DNA of 64,000 nucleotides from an uncultured Actinomycetota bacterium (GCA_963821825.1 CAWGFD010000002.1:798734-862733), one strand, 5' to 3'. Positions 42,527 to 51,643 are shown, counted from the stretch's first letter. Numbers and translations: made by a program. The notes: generated by a model not told the origin, from the sequence alone.

Positions 42527-42627
42527 CGGCTGGACTTGCCGAGCTCCTTGAGCATGAAGTCGATCATCACAGAGACCAGGCTGGCCGACGCCAGTCCGAG
42601 CAGGGCCACCCGTGCACTCTTACCCAT
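42523..42627 (-). CDS. 34-aa hydrophobic micro-protein, translationally coupled to the radical SAM gene
   Basis: ATG at 42627 is preceded by AAGGAGG with a 6-nt spacer. Sequence MGKSARVALLGLASASLVSVMIDFMLKELGKSSR. 29 of 34 codons end in G/C. TGA overlaps the GTG of the radical SAM gene (GTGA). Confidence 0.6.
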   Translation of the reverse strand: MGKSARVALLGLASASLVSVMIDFMLKELGKSSR

Positions 42628-42727
42628 CTCAACCTCCTTGTCCCGCCGCGCCGCCAGTCGGCGCACCACCAGGTCACTACCCGCGCCCCCAGGTCTTATT
42701 CGCCGCCGGGTGGGTAGTGCTAGAGCT

Positions 42728-44032
42728 GTGCCCCAGATCCCCCCGCTCCGCGTCGCCGTCCTGGTCGAGCTGGAGCGCAGCCCGGATGCGGGCGGCCACG
42801 TCAAGTGCTGGGAGCAGTTCGCGCGCGCCGCGACCGAGGTGCCCGAGATCGACCTGACGGTCTACGTCCTCGGCCGCCGGGCGGCGGTGGCGCAGCTGGC
42901 GCCGAACGTCCGGTTCGAGACGCTGCCGCCGGTGCTCAGCACCGGGCCCGTGCAGCGCTGGGTCGGCGGGGTCGACCGCTCCGATCTCGCGCCCTACCAC
43001 CGGGCGCTGGCGGACCGGTTGCCCGGACACCACGTCTGGCACCTGACCCACGCCCTCGCCTTCACCGGGACGGCGCTGCGGCTGGCCGCGCGCCGTCCGC
43101 ACCCGCTGGTGGCCTCGGTGCACACCGACGTGCCCACCCTGACCTCGATCTACACCGAGCAGGTGGTCGACCGCCTGCCCCGGCCGCTGGGACGGGCACT
43201 GCGCGGCACCGGGCTGCCGGCGCTGCCGGCGGCCCTGGCCCGCCGCCGGCGGCGGCGGATGCTCGGGGCCTGCGACCGGGTGCTGGTCTCCAGCGGCATC
43301 GACGAGGACGCGATCGCCGCGGAGCTGCCTGACGCCCGCCTCTCCCGGCTGCGTCGTGGGGTCGACCGCGCCCTGTTCCGGCCCCGGCCCGAGGCCGCCG
43401 GCCTGCTCCAGCGCCGTCACGGCGTCCCGGCCGACGTGCCGGTGGTGCTCTTCGCCGGACGGGTGGACGCCACCAAGGGTGCGCTGCTGCTCGCCCAGGC
43501 GGTCCACCAAGTGGCCGCGCGGGGCGTGCCGGTACACCTGCTGCTGGCCGGGGACGGCGCGCAGACCAAGGCCATCACCGAGCTGCTGGGGGCCGGCGTC
43601 AGCACCCTCGGGCGGCTGAGCCAGGCCGAGCTGGCGGCCGTGTACTCCGCCTGCGACGTGTTCGCCTTCCCCTCCCGCAGCGAGACGATCGGCAACGTGG
43701 TGGCCGAGGCGATGGCCAGCGGCCTGCCCGTCGTGCTGCCCCGCGGCGCCCAGACCGAGCAGTGGCTGCGCCGGCCGGGCGTGGACGGGCTGCTGGTAGA
43801 GCGGGACGACCCGCCGGCCTGGGCGGACGCGCTGACCTCGCTGCTGACCCGTCCCGACCAGCGGCGCGCGGTCGGGGCGAACGCGCTGAGCACCAGCCTG
43901 GCCGCACACCCGTCCTGGCTCGAGGTGGTCCAGCAGGACCTGGTGCCGGTCTGGCAGGAGGTGGCCGGCCGCCGTCCGTCCGGGGTCGCCCGGCAGCCGG
44001 ACGCCCGGGCCGCCTCGCTCAGTCGGCCGTGA
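42728..44032 (+). CDS. GT4-family (GT-B fold) glycosyltransferase
   Basis: GTG at 42728 gives VPQIPPLRVAVLVELE. C-terminal FPSRSETIGNVVAEAMASGLPVV carries the E-x7-E motif. The 5' 1.7 kb of the track ORF (40994-) is antisense to the radical SAM gene and is rejected. Confidence 0.85.
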   Translation: MPQIPPLRVAVLVELERSPDAGGHVKCWEQFARAATEVPEIDLTVYVLGRRAAVAQLAPNVRFETLPPVLSTGPVQRWVGGVDRSDLAPYHRALADRLPGHHVWHLTHALAFTGTALRLAARRPHPLVASVHTDVPTLTSIYTEQVVDRLPRPLGRALRGTGLPALPAALARRRRRRMLGACDRVLVSSGIDEDAIAAELPDARLSRLRRGVDRALFRPRPEAAGLLQRRHGVPADVPVVLFAGRVDATKGALLLAQAVHQVAARGVPVHLLLAGDGAQTKAITELLGAGVSTLGRLSQAELAAVYSACDVFAFPSRSETIGNVVAEAMASGLPVVLPRGAQTEQWLRRPGVDGLLVERDDPPAWADALTSLLTRPDQRRAVGANALSTSLAAHPSWLEVVQQDLVPVWQEVAGRRPSGVARQPDARAASLSRP

Positions 44033-44948
44033 GGCTGGTCTGCTCGTCCGGATCCGTCTGCGACTCCTCCTTCTCCTCCTGCTGGTGCAGCCGGGCGATC
44101 ACCGGTGAGGTGTCCAGCAGCACGATGCCGCCGATCACGCACAGCATGCCGATCACCGCACCGGCGTGCCGGAGGGCCCCGCCGGCCAGGGTCTCCCCGA
44201 ACAGGGCCAGCCCGACGGCGATCGAGACCGCCGGCTCGACGGCGTCGATCACCGGCATGCTGGCCGCCAGCGGGCCGGCCTGGTAGGCGCTCTGGATGAG
44301 CAGCAGGCCGCCGATGCTGGCGACCACCAGCAGGTAGGTCTGCCAGGCGGTGAACAGGGGGACGAAGCCCGCCCGCAGGTGCTTGATCGTCACCGCCAGC
44401 AGAGCGGACTGCGACCCCATCACCACCGCGCCGGCGAAAGCGAGCAGCGATGCCCGGGGCGTGCCGGACAGTCGCCGGCCGGCCAGCACCGCCAGGGCCG
44501 CGACGGCGGCGACCGCGGCGACGGTGAGCCACCAGCCCCTCGGGGTCGCCGACGGGTCGCCCTGGCTCGGGGAGGCCGAGACCACGGCGATGGCCAGACC
44601 GCCACCGACGGCCAGCGCTCCCAGCCAGTCCCGCCCTCCCAGCGACAGGTGGTGCAGCCGGGCGGACAGCGGCAGGGCGAAGATGAGCTCGGTCACGATC
44701 AGCGGCTGGACCAGCGACAGGGGCCCGAAGGCCAGCGCCACGGACTGGAAGCCGTAGGACAGCACGGCGAGCGAGATCCCGGCCACCCACAGCTTCTGCC
44801 GGGCCAGGTCGCGTAGCAACGACGGCGACATCGACTCACCCTCCGGCCGGGTGCTGGCCACCCGTTGCTGGAGGATCCCCGCCGAGGCGAAGCACAGGCC
44901 CGCGACGATTGCCGCCAGCACCGAAACGATCGTCACGCTGGACCACAC
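44019..44948 (-). CDS. DMT-superfamily (EamA/NIPA-like) 10-TM transporter
   Basis: 309 aa, polytopic. Paralogous to the divergent gene (LFALPLSARLHHLSLGGRDWLGALAVGGGL versus LFALPVSAAWMRQRLRGRDWLGALATAGGL). Confidence 0.7.
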   Translation of the reverse strand: MWSSVTIVSVLAAIVAGLCFASAGILQQRVASTRPEGESMSPSLLRDLARQKLWVAGISLAVLSYGFQSVALAFGPLSLVQPLIVTELIFALPLSARLHHLSLGGRDWLGALAVGGGLAIAVVSASPSQGDPSATPRGWWLTVAAVAAVAALAVLAGRRLSGTPRASLLAFAGAVVMGSQSALLAVTIKHLRAGFVPLFTAWQTYLLVVASIGGLLLIQSAYQAGPLAASMPVIDAVEPAVSIAVGLALFGETLAGGALRHAGAVIGMLCVIGGIVLLDTSPVIARLHQQEEKEESQTDPDEQTSLTAD

Positions 44949-45004
44949 CTTTCAGATCTGCGCTCGCCCGCATGGCGTGCGCCGCACCGGGTAGTACCCG
45001 TTCC

Positions 45005-46246
45005 GTGGCGGTCTATCTGCTGGCGTTGGGTGCTGCGCTGCTGTTCGGCCTCGGTTCGGTCGTGCAGCAGAGAGTCGCCTTTGAGGCCCCGCCCGGCAAG
45101 TCGCTGCGGCCCTCCCTGCTGCTCTGGCTGGTCCGCCAGCCGCTGTGGCTGGCCGGGGTGGGCACCGCGGTGGTCGGCAACGTGCTGAGCGGGACGGCGT
45201 TGGGGCTGGGCAGCGTCGCCCTGGTGCAGCCGCTGCTGGTCAGCCGGCTGCTGTTCGCCCTGCCGGTGTCGGCGGCCTGGATGCGGCAGCGGCTGCGGGG
45301 CCGGGACTGGCTGGGGGCGCTGGCCACGGCCGGTGGCCTGGGCCTGTTCATCGCCATCGGCCACCCGCACCAGCCGGACACCACCAGTCCCGGTCTGCGC
45401 AGCTGGCTGATCGCGCTCGGCGCGATCGCCGTCCTGGTCGCGCTGCTGGTGCTGGGCTCACGCAAGCTGTCCGCGGTGCGCCGGGCGCCGATGCTGGGCG
45501 CCGGCGCCGGGATCCTGTTCGGGCTGCAGGCCGGCCTCACCCACACCGCCGTCCGGCACTTCATCGACTCCGGCGTGCTGGCGCTGCTGACGAGCTGGAG
45601 CACGTACGCGGTGGCCGCGGCAGCGGTGCTGGGCACCCTGCTGAACCAGAGCGCCTTCGAGATGGCACCGCTGACCGCCTCCTACCCGACGCTGGCGGCG
45701 GTCGAGCCGTTGGCCGGGATCGGTCTGGGCATCGGGCTGCTCGGCGGCAACCTGGCGGCCGGGCCGCTGCCGCTGACTGGGGAGGCCCTCGGCCTGGCGG
45801 TGATGACCGGCGGGATCTACCTGCTGGCCACCTCGCCGCTGGTCACCGGCCAGGCGAGCTCGATCCGCCGGCGCGAGGAGGAGGAGGAGGCCTACCGGAT
45901 CGAGGACCGGCTGCAGCAGGAGCTGAGCAGGCTCAGCCGGATGCTGGAGGAGGGGCCACGCCGTGAGCTGCCCGAAGGGGCCGGCGCCCGGGGCAAGGCC
46001 GCGCGGGAGCTGGACCGGGTGGACGACCTGCTGCGGCGGCTGGACGAGCTCGACCGCGACCTGCAGGAGCAGCACGCGACCCATCAGCCGGACAGCACGC
46101 CCCAGACCGGGCCGCTGGCCGAGCACCAGCGCAAGGTCGAGGCCTGGGCCGAGCAGATCGACGCCCGGCGACGGGAGCTGCGGGAGTGGGCCGGCCGGCT
46201 GCACGAGGTCGCGCAGGCGGGTGGCGGCGGGACGCCGCCCCGGTGA
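45005..46246 (+). CDS. DMT-superfamily transporter paralog with about 130-aa charged, coiled-coil-like C-terminal extension
   Basis: GTG at 45005 (alternative ATG at 44972). The membrane domain is collinear with the divergent paralog. The tail RREEEEEAYRIEDRLQQELSRLSRMLEE...RRLDELDRDLQEQ...RRRELREWAGRLHE is strongly heptad-like. Confidence 0.7.
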   Translation: MAVYLLALGAALLFGLGSVVQQRVAFEAPPGKSLRPSLLLWLVRQPLWLAGVGTAVVGNVLSGTALGLGSVALVQPLLVSRLLFALPVSAAWMRQRLRGRDWLGALATAGGLGLFIAIGHPHQPDTTSPGLRSWLIALGAIAVLVALLVLGSRKLSAVRRAPMLGAGAGILFGLQAGLTHTAVRHFIDSGVLALLTSWSTYAVAAAAVLGTLLNQSAFEMAPLTASYPTLAAVEPLAGIGLGIGLLGGNLAAGPLPLTGEALGLAVMTGGIYLLATSPLVTGQASSIRRREEEEEAYRIEDRLQQELSRLSRMLEEGPRRELPEGAGARGKAARELDRVDDLLRRLDELDRDLQEQHATHQPDSTPQTGPLAEHQRKVEAWAEQIDARRRELREWAGRLHEVAQAGGGGTPPR

Positions 46247-46270
46247 GGCCGCGCCTGGCAGGATCGGCCG

Positions 46271-47473
46271 ATGGCCCCGGTCGTCAGCAGCCGGCAGCGG
46301 CGCGCCCTTCTGGCCGCCCGGCACCGGCTGCTGCCCGCGACCCGGACCGACGACGTCGCCCAGATCGCCGAGGACCTGCTCGCGCTGCACTCCTCCGACC
46401 CGGTCAGCGTCTACCTGTCGGCGCTGGTCCGGATGCGTACGCCTTCGGTGCAGGCGGTCGAGCACGCCCTGTACGAGAGCCGGTCCCTGCTGCGCCACCA
46501 CGCGATGCGCCGGACCCTGTGGGTGGCCACGCCGGGCACCACCCGGGTGCTGCACGCCGCCGCGACGCGAAGGCTGGCCGCCGTCGAGCAGGCCCGGACG
46601 GTCACGCTGCTGCGCGACAGCGGGCTGCCCCAGCCGGAGCGCTGGCTGGCCGGGGCCGAGCAGCAGGCGATGTCGGCGCTGGCCGAGCACGGCCCGATGA
46701 CCACCCGCAGGCTGGGGGAGCTGGTCCCCCTCCTGCGCCACCCCATCGTGCTGGCCGCGGGAAGTCGCAACGAGGCCACGGTCGCGGCGCACACCCGCGT
46801 GCTGATGCTGCTGGGCTTGCGTGGGCTCCTGGTCCGCACCCGGCCGGCCGGTACCTGGATCAACGGCCAGTACACGTGGGCGCTGGCCGGGCAGTGGGCG
46901 CCGCCGGGCATCGAGGACCCGGCACTGGACACCCGCACCGCGGCCGCCGAGCTCGCGCACCGGTGGCTGAGCCGGTTCGGTCCCGGGACCACCGCCGACC
47001 TGCAGTGGTGGGCGGGGTGGACGCTCGGTACCACCCGGACGGCGCTGGCGGACTGTCGGGCGGTGCCGGTCCAGCTGGCCGAGGGCTCCTCGGGCTGGCT
47101 GGCCCCCGACGACCCGGAGCTGGTCAGGGATCCGCCGGAGGCGACCGGGGACCATCCGTGGGTCGCGCTGCTCCCGGGGCTGGACCCCACCTCGATGGGG
47201 TGGAAGGAGCGCGCCTGGTACCTGCCCGCGTCGGCGTCGGACGCCTGGGACGGCAACGGCAACGCCGGTCCGACGATCTGGGTGGACGGGCGGGTGGTCG
47301 GCGCCTGGGGGCAGCGCAAGGACGGGGAGATCCGGCTGCACTGGTTCGAGGACGTGCCTGCGGCCCGGCGCCGGCAGGTCGAGCGGCGCGCCGAGGAGCT
47401 GGCCGGCTGGCTGGGCGAGGTCCGCTTCTCGGTGCGCTTCCCGGGCCGGGTCAACCCGGTGCTGCTGGGCTGA
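46271..47473 (+). CDS. Winged-helix HTH_42/DUF1006 protein (YcaQ/AlkZ-like DNA glycosylase family)
   Basis: 400 aa. Family recognised from overall pattern (N-terminal LLALHSSDPVSVYLSALVR, RHHAMRRTLW, central WAL..., C-terminal tandem winged helices). No search was run. Confidence 0.6.
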   Translation: MAPVVSSRQRRALLAARHRLLPATRTDDVAQIAEDLLALHSSDPVSVYLSALVRMRTPSVQAVEHALYESRSLLRHHAMRRTLWVATPGTTRVLHAAATRRLAAVEQARTVTLLRDSGLPQPERWLAGAEQQAMSALAEHGPMTTRRLGELVPLLRHPIVLAAGSRNEATVAAHTRVLMLLGLRGLLVRTRPAGTWINGQYTWALAGQWAPPGIEDPALDTRTAAAELAHRWLSRFGPGTTADLQWWAGWTLGTTRTALADCRAVPVQLAEGSSGWLAPDDPELVRDPPEATGDHPWVALLPGLDPTSMGWKERAWYLPASASDAWDGNGNAGPTIWVDGRVVGAWGQRKDGEIRLHWFEDVPAARRRQVERRAEELAGWLGEVRFSVRFPGRVNPVLLG

Positions 47474-47486
47474 CCCGGCCCGAGGA

Positions 47487-50189
47487 TCACTGCGCCAGCC
47501 GGCGGACCATCACCACCCTGGACCGGGTGAGCAGCATCGAGGCCGCGGCGGCGACCGTCGGCACGACCAGCACGGTGGCCGCGAGGGTGAGCCAGGGGAT
47601 GGCGATGATCGGCCCGTGCGCGCTGGTCGCGGTCAGCGGCCAGGTGACCGCGATCCCGGGCACCAGCCCGACGATCACCCCGAGCACGGCCCCGCTGATC
47701 GCGATCACCAGCGCCTGTCCGCCGGCCACCAGCCGCCGCATCCTCGCGCTGGCCCCGACGGCGGCCAGGGTGGCGAAGTCCGGCTCGGCGTCGCTGAGTG
47801 CCAGCCCGGTCGCGGTCAGGGTGCCGATCAGGACGGCGATCAGGGCCACCACCGCCAGCACCAGCAGGATGGTGGACAGCGAGCTGCGGTAGCCCCGTTC
47901 GACGTAGACCCGCCCGCTGTCTCCCAGCAGCGGGCTGGTGGCCTTGTTCAGCGCAGCCTCCTGCGCGGCGGTGACCGGGGGGCCCTGGCTGAGGACCACG
48001 CCCTGCTGCCCCCACCGGACGCCGAGCCGGTCCGCCGTCTGCGGCGTCATCGCCAGGGCGGAGACCGAGCCCGTCGACCCGGGGCCGGAGGGGTCGACCG
48101 CCACGGCCGGGACCGGGTCGCTGAGCGTGCGAGAGGTCGTGCTCGTCCCGTTGCGGTAGCGGTTGGAGATGGTCTCCAGCCGCACCGTGCCGTCGGGGCG
48201 CAGCAACCGCGGGTTGGTGACCAGCACCTCGCCTGCCTCCAGCGCCGACCGGGCCGAGGCGCTGACCTGGTAGCCCAGCGGGGTCAGGGCGGCGGGCTCG
48301 GCGACGACAGCCTCGTTCGACGTCACGCCGCCCTGGGGTGCGGTCGGGTACGACGACCAGGCCCAGCAGTCCTGCTGCGCTGCGGGCACCTCACCCTCCG
48401 GCTGGGTGGTCGTGCACCCCGGCGGCAGGACCGCGACGCTCACGGACTCGTCCGAGGCCGACTCGGCGTAGCCGGGTGAGCCGAAGAGGTAGGCGGTCCG
48501 GTCGGGCAGCACGGACCTGACCGCCTCCACCACCGCCGGCCACACGGTCGGCAGGGCGCCGTAGGCGACCACCTGGGCCTGGCCCGCAGCCAGCTGGGGG
48601 GAGTACTCGTGGCGCGCCTGCGCGTCGTCGCTGGTTCCCCCGATCGACAGCGCGGTCAGACCCGCGACGGTGGCCATGATCGCCGCGATGGCCGGGGCCG
48701 TCCGGCCCCGGTGCCGGGCGGCGTCCCGGGTGGCCAGCCGCAACGGCAGCGGCAGCCGGCCGCCGAGCCGCCCGACGAGACCGACCAGGGTCGGGATGAT
48801 CGCCAGCACCCCGAGGACCAGCGCGATGGTGCCCCAGGCCACGCGGATCTCCCCGCCCTGCCCCCGGACGGCGGTGAACGTGATCGCCGCCCCCAGGCCG
48901 GCCACGACCAGCCCGACCACCGGCCAGCCACGGCGGAACCGGCTCGGGCCGCGTCGCCCGGTCAGGGCCAGCACGATGTCCTCACGGGAGACCTGGCGGG
49001 CCGGTACCCAGGCCGCGATCACCGCGGCGCAGGCGCCCAGCGCGACGGCCAGCAGCAGGTGCAGGGCGCGCACGTCCAGCGGCGCGCCGGGAACGACCAG
49101 CGGGGTGCTCGTCCCCCAGCGGTACAGGCCCAGGGCCACACCCAGGCCCAGTCCCGCCCCGAGCACGGCGCTGGCGCCGCCGAGCACCACGGCCTGGACC
49201 AGGATCACCCGCGCCACCTGGCGGCGGGTGCCGCCGCCGGCGGCGACCAGAGCCAGCTGTCGGCGCTGCCGGCGGACGCCGACCGCGAAGGCCGGGCCGG
49301 CCAGCAGCACGACCTCGATCACGATCGAGGTGACCGCGATCACCGCGACCTGGGCCGAATCGCTGCTGCCCGAGCTGAGCGAGTCGGCCACCTGGGGGGC
49401 CAGCCGGTCACGCGAGGGGGGATCCAGCACCACCTGGCGGCTCAGTGCTGAGACCCCGCTGCGGTTCAGCTGCAGCACCTGGGTCCAGGTCAGCGGCGTG
49501 GCCCGGTCCAGCAGGTAGGAGGCAGGGACGTCGGCCAGCAGGGTGCCCGGGGTGGCCACCACGTCGTAGCCGCGCGGCGCCGGGGTGAGGATGCCCACCA
49601 CCGTGACGGTGTCGTGCGAGCCGCTCAGCCGGGGCCGGGCGCCCAGGGTGAAGCCCTGCGAGACCAGCTCGGGGGAGACCGCGATCTCCCCGGCCGCGGT
49701 GGGCCGCCTGCCGCGCTGGATGGTGGCCATCCCCCCCGTCACCGGGTCCGTGCTGTCGAACTCGGCGACGGTGGGGCCGCGCCGGTGGTCGCCGACCACG
49801 AGGTCCGCCGGGCCGGTCCGGAACGGCACCAGGCGCCCACCGGTCTGGGCTGCCAGCTGCTGCTGGCTCGGTGGCTGGGCCGCCGGGTCGGCGGCCGAGC
49901 AGCTGTCCGGGTCGGCCGGCCAGACGTTCTGGGCGACCGTGTCCTGCACGACCGCGCAGCTCCCGTTGGTGGCGACCAGCGCCTGCGCCTGGCCCAGCCT
50001 CCAGGGCAGCGACTCCGCCGTGCTGACGTCGTTGGTGGTGGTGGTCACGGACGTGAACACGGCCAGCAGCACCGGGACCCCGACCATCAGGGCCACGATC
50101 AGGCTGCGTCGTCGGGCGTCCTTGGTGCGTAAGGCGTCCCGGCGCGCCATCCGCAGCGCGGCCCGCCACGGCCCGGCCCAGCCCGGCAT
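47487..50189 (-). CDS. Large FtsX/MacB-type ABC-transporter permease with two FtsX modules and large extracytoplasmic domains
   Basis: ATG at 50189. N-terminus WRAALRMARRDALRTKDARRRSLIVALMVGVPVLLAVF. Two 4-TM FtsX-like blocks. About 900 aa. Confidence 0.8.
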   Translation of the reverse strand: MPGWAGPWRAALRMARRDALRTKDARRRSLIVALMVGVPVLLAVFTSVTTTTNDVSTAESLPWRLGQAQALVATNGSCAVVQDTVAQNVWPADPDSCSAADPAAQPPSQQQLAAQTGGRLVPFRTGPADLVVGDHRRGPTVAEFDSTDPVTGGMATIQRGRRPTAAGEIAVSPELVSQGFTLGARPRLSGSHDTVTVVGILTPAPRGYDVVATPGTLLADVPASYLLDRATPLTWTQVLQLNRSGVSALSRQVVLDPPSRDRLAPQVADSLSSGSSDSAQVAVIAVTSIVIEVVLLAGPAFAVGVRRQRRQLALVAAGGGTRRQVARVILVQAVVLGGASAVLGAGLGLGVALGLYRWGTSTPLVVPGAPLDVRALHLLLAVALGACAAVIAAWVPARQVSREDIVLALTGRRGPSRFRRGWPVVGLVVAGLGAAITFTAVRGQGGEIRVAWGTIALVLGVLAIIPTLVGLVGRLGGRLPLPLRLATRDAARHRGRTAPAIAAIMATVAGLTALSIGGTSDDAQARHEYSPQLAAGQAQVVAYGALPTVWPAVVEAVRSVLPDRTAYLFGSPGYAESASDESVSVAVLPPGCTTTQPEGEVPAAQQDCWAWSSYPTAPQGGVTSNEAVVAEPAALTPLGYQVSASARSALEAGEVLVTNPRLLRPDGTVRLETISNRYRNGTSTTSRTLSDPVPAVAVDPSGPGSTGSVSALAMTPQTADRLGVRWGQQGVVLSQGPPVTAAQEAALNKATSPLLGDSGRVYVERGYRSSLSTILLVLAVVALIAVLIGTLTATGLALSDAEPDFATLAAVGASARMRRLVAGGQALVIAISGAVLGVIVGLVPGIAVTWPLTATSAHGPIIAIPWLTLAATVLVVPTVAAAASMLLTRSRVVMVRRLAQ

Positions 50190-50971
50190 CAGCGGCCACC
50201 ACCCTCCGGTGCTCCCGGAGCGCCGGCGAGCAGGGCCTCGGCCGGTGGCAGCGGCGCGGTGGAGTCCACCACCATCCCGTCGCGCAGGAACACCACCCGG
50301 TCGGCCCAGGCCGCGAACCGGGCCTCGTGGGTGACCAGCAGCGCGGCGGCGCCGTCGTCCACCCGGGTGCGCAGCACCCGCATCACCTGCTCCCCGGTGG
50401 CCGAGTCCAGGGCTCCGGTCGGTTCGTCGGCCAGCACCAGACGGCGGGGGCCGACCAGGGCGCGGGCGATGGCCACCCGCTGCTGCTGGCCCCCGGACAG
50501 CTCGTCCGGGAAGCGTTCGGCCAGCTCCCGGACGCCGACCTCGGCCAGCGCCTCCCACGCCTCCCGGCGCGCCTGCCGGGTACTCACCCCGTCCAGCTCG
50601 CGCGGCAGCATGACGTTCTCCACGGCGGACAGGGCCGGGATCAGGTTCAGGTCCTGGAAGACGTAGCCCACGCTCCTGCGCCGCAGCGCGGCGCGCGAGG
50701 CCGCGGACAGTGCGCTGACCCGCACGCCCTCGATCACCACCTCGCCCGATGTCGGGGTGTCCAACCCGCCGGCCAGGTGCAGCAGGGTGGACTTGCCCGA
50801 GCCGGACGGCCCCATCACGGCGACCAGCTCGCCGGGGCGGACCTGCAGGCTCACCCCACGCAGCGCGTGCACCGCCACCGCGCCCTCGCCGTGCACCCGG
50901 CCGGCGTCCTCGATCGAGAGCAGCACCGGTAGCTCGCTGGTCTGACTCGTCCGACGTCTCGGCTCGCTCAT
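50189..50971 (-). CDS. ABC-transporter ATP-binding protein (MacB/LolD type)
   Basis: Walker A MGPSGSGKSTLL. Signature LSGGQQQRVAIARAL. Walker B VLADEPTGALD. ATGA overlap with padR upstream and a 1-nt overlap with the permease downstream. Confidence 0.95.
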   Translation of the reverse strand: MSEPRRRTSQTSELPVLLSIEDAGRVHGEGAVAVHALRGVSLQVRPGELVAVMGPSGSGKSTLLHLAGGLDTPTSGEVVIEGVRVSALSAASRAALRRRSVGYVFQDLNLIPALSAVENVMLPRELDGVSTRQARREAWEALAEVGVRELAERFPDELSGGQQQRVAIARALVGPRRLVLADEPTGALDSATGEQVMRVLRTRVDDGAAALLVTHEARFAAWADRVVFLRDGMVVDSTAPLPPAEALLAGAPGAPEGGGR

Positions 50972-51615
50972 CGCCGCGATCCCCCTCCTGAGGTCGTGCT
51001 GGTCACCGGCAGGCTGCCGCGCGCCGCAGTCTGCGGTCGGGTCGACGGCCCCGGGCTCCCCTCCGGGCCCGGGGCCGCAGACCGCGTCCTGTGCACCCGC
51101 TGCTCGACCTGGTCCAGCCAGCGCACCTCCGCCTCCGCGGCGAAGACCATCCGGTCCAGGACCAGCAGCCAGGTCAGGTCGGTCGGGTGGGCGGCGCCGC
51201 CGTCCCGGCTGGTCACCCGCGCCGTCAGCCGGGTGTACTCCTGCAGCGAGCGCAGGCTCTCCACACGCTGCCGCTGCACGACGGCGGCGACGTCCACCCC
51301 TGCCGTCGAGCAGGCCAGCGCCACCTTGATCGCCAGCTCGTCGCGGTCGGGGTTGACCCGGGGGACCGGGGTGGACCACCAGGCGGTGACCTCCGACCGG
51401 CCCTGCTCGGTCAACCGGTAGACGACCGAGCCGTCCTCGCGGCGGTCCGCCTCGGCGACCAGACCGTCGCGCTGCAGGCGGTTCAACGTCGTGTACACCT
51501 GGCCGATGTTCAGCGGCCAGGTCTCGCCGGTGCGTTCCTGGAACACCTGCCGCAGCTGGTAGCCGTACATCGGCTGCTCGGCCAGCAGCGCGAGCATGGC
51601 TTGTCTGACGGACAT
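50968..51615 (-). CDS. PadR-family transcriptional regulator (long form with C-terminal helical domain)
   Basis: ATG at 51615. MLALLAEQPMYGYQLRQVFQERTGETWPLNIGQVYTTLNRLQRDGLV is the PadR winged helix. Confidence 0.9.
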   Translation of the reverse strand: MSVRQAMLALLAEQPMYGYQLRQVFQERTGETWPLNIGQVYTTLNRLQRDGLVAEADRREDGSVVYRLTEQGRSEVTAWWSTPVPRVNPDRDELAIKVALACSTAGVDVAAVVQRQRVESLRSLQEYTRLTARVTSRDGGAAHPTDLTWLLVLDRMVFAAEAEVRWLDQVEQRVHRTRSAAPGPEGSPGPSTRPQTAARGSLPVTSTTSGGGSRR

Positions 51616-51643
51616 CGTGAGACCCCCCCTACCGAGTATGCAG

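Noticed and set aside
40994-42727. 5' 1.7 kb of the 1012-aa plus-strand ORF 40994..44032
   Set aside because: Only the part from GTG at 42728 shows GT4 glycosyltransferase features. The upstream part is antisense to the radical SAM gene and reads as an Arg/Pro/Gly-rich shadow sequence.
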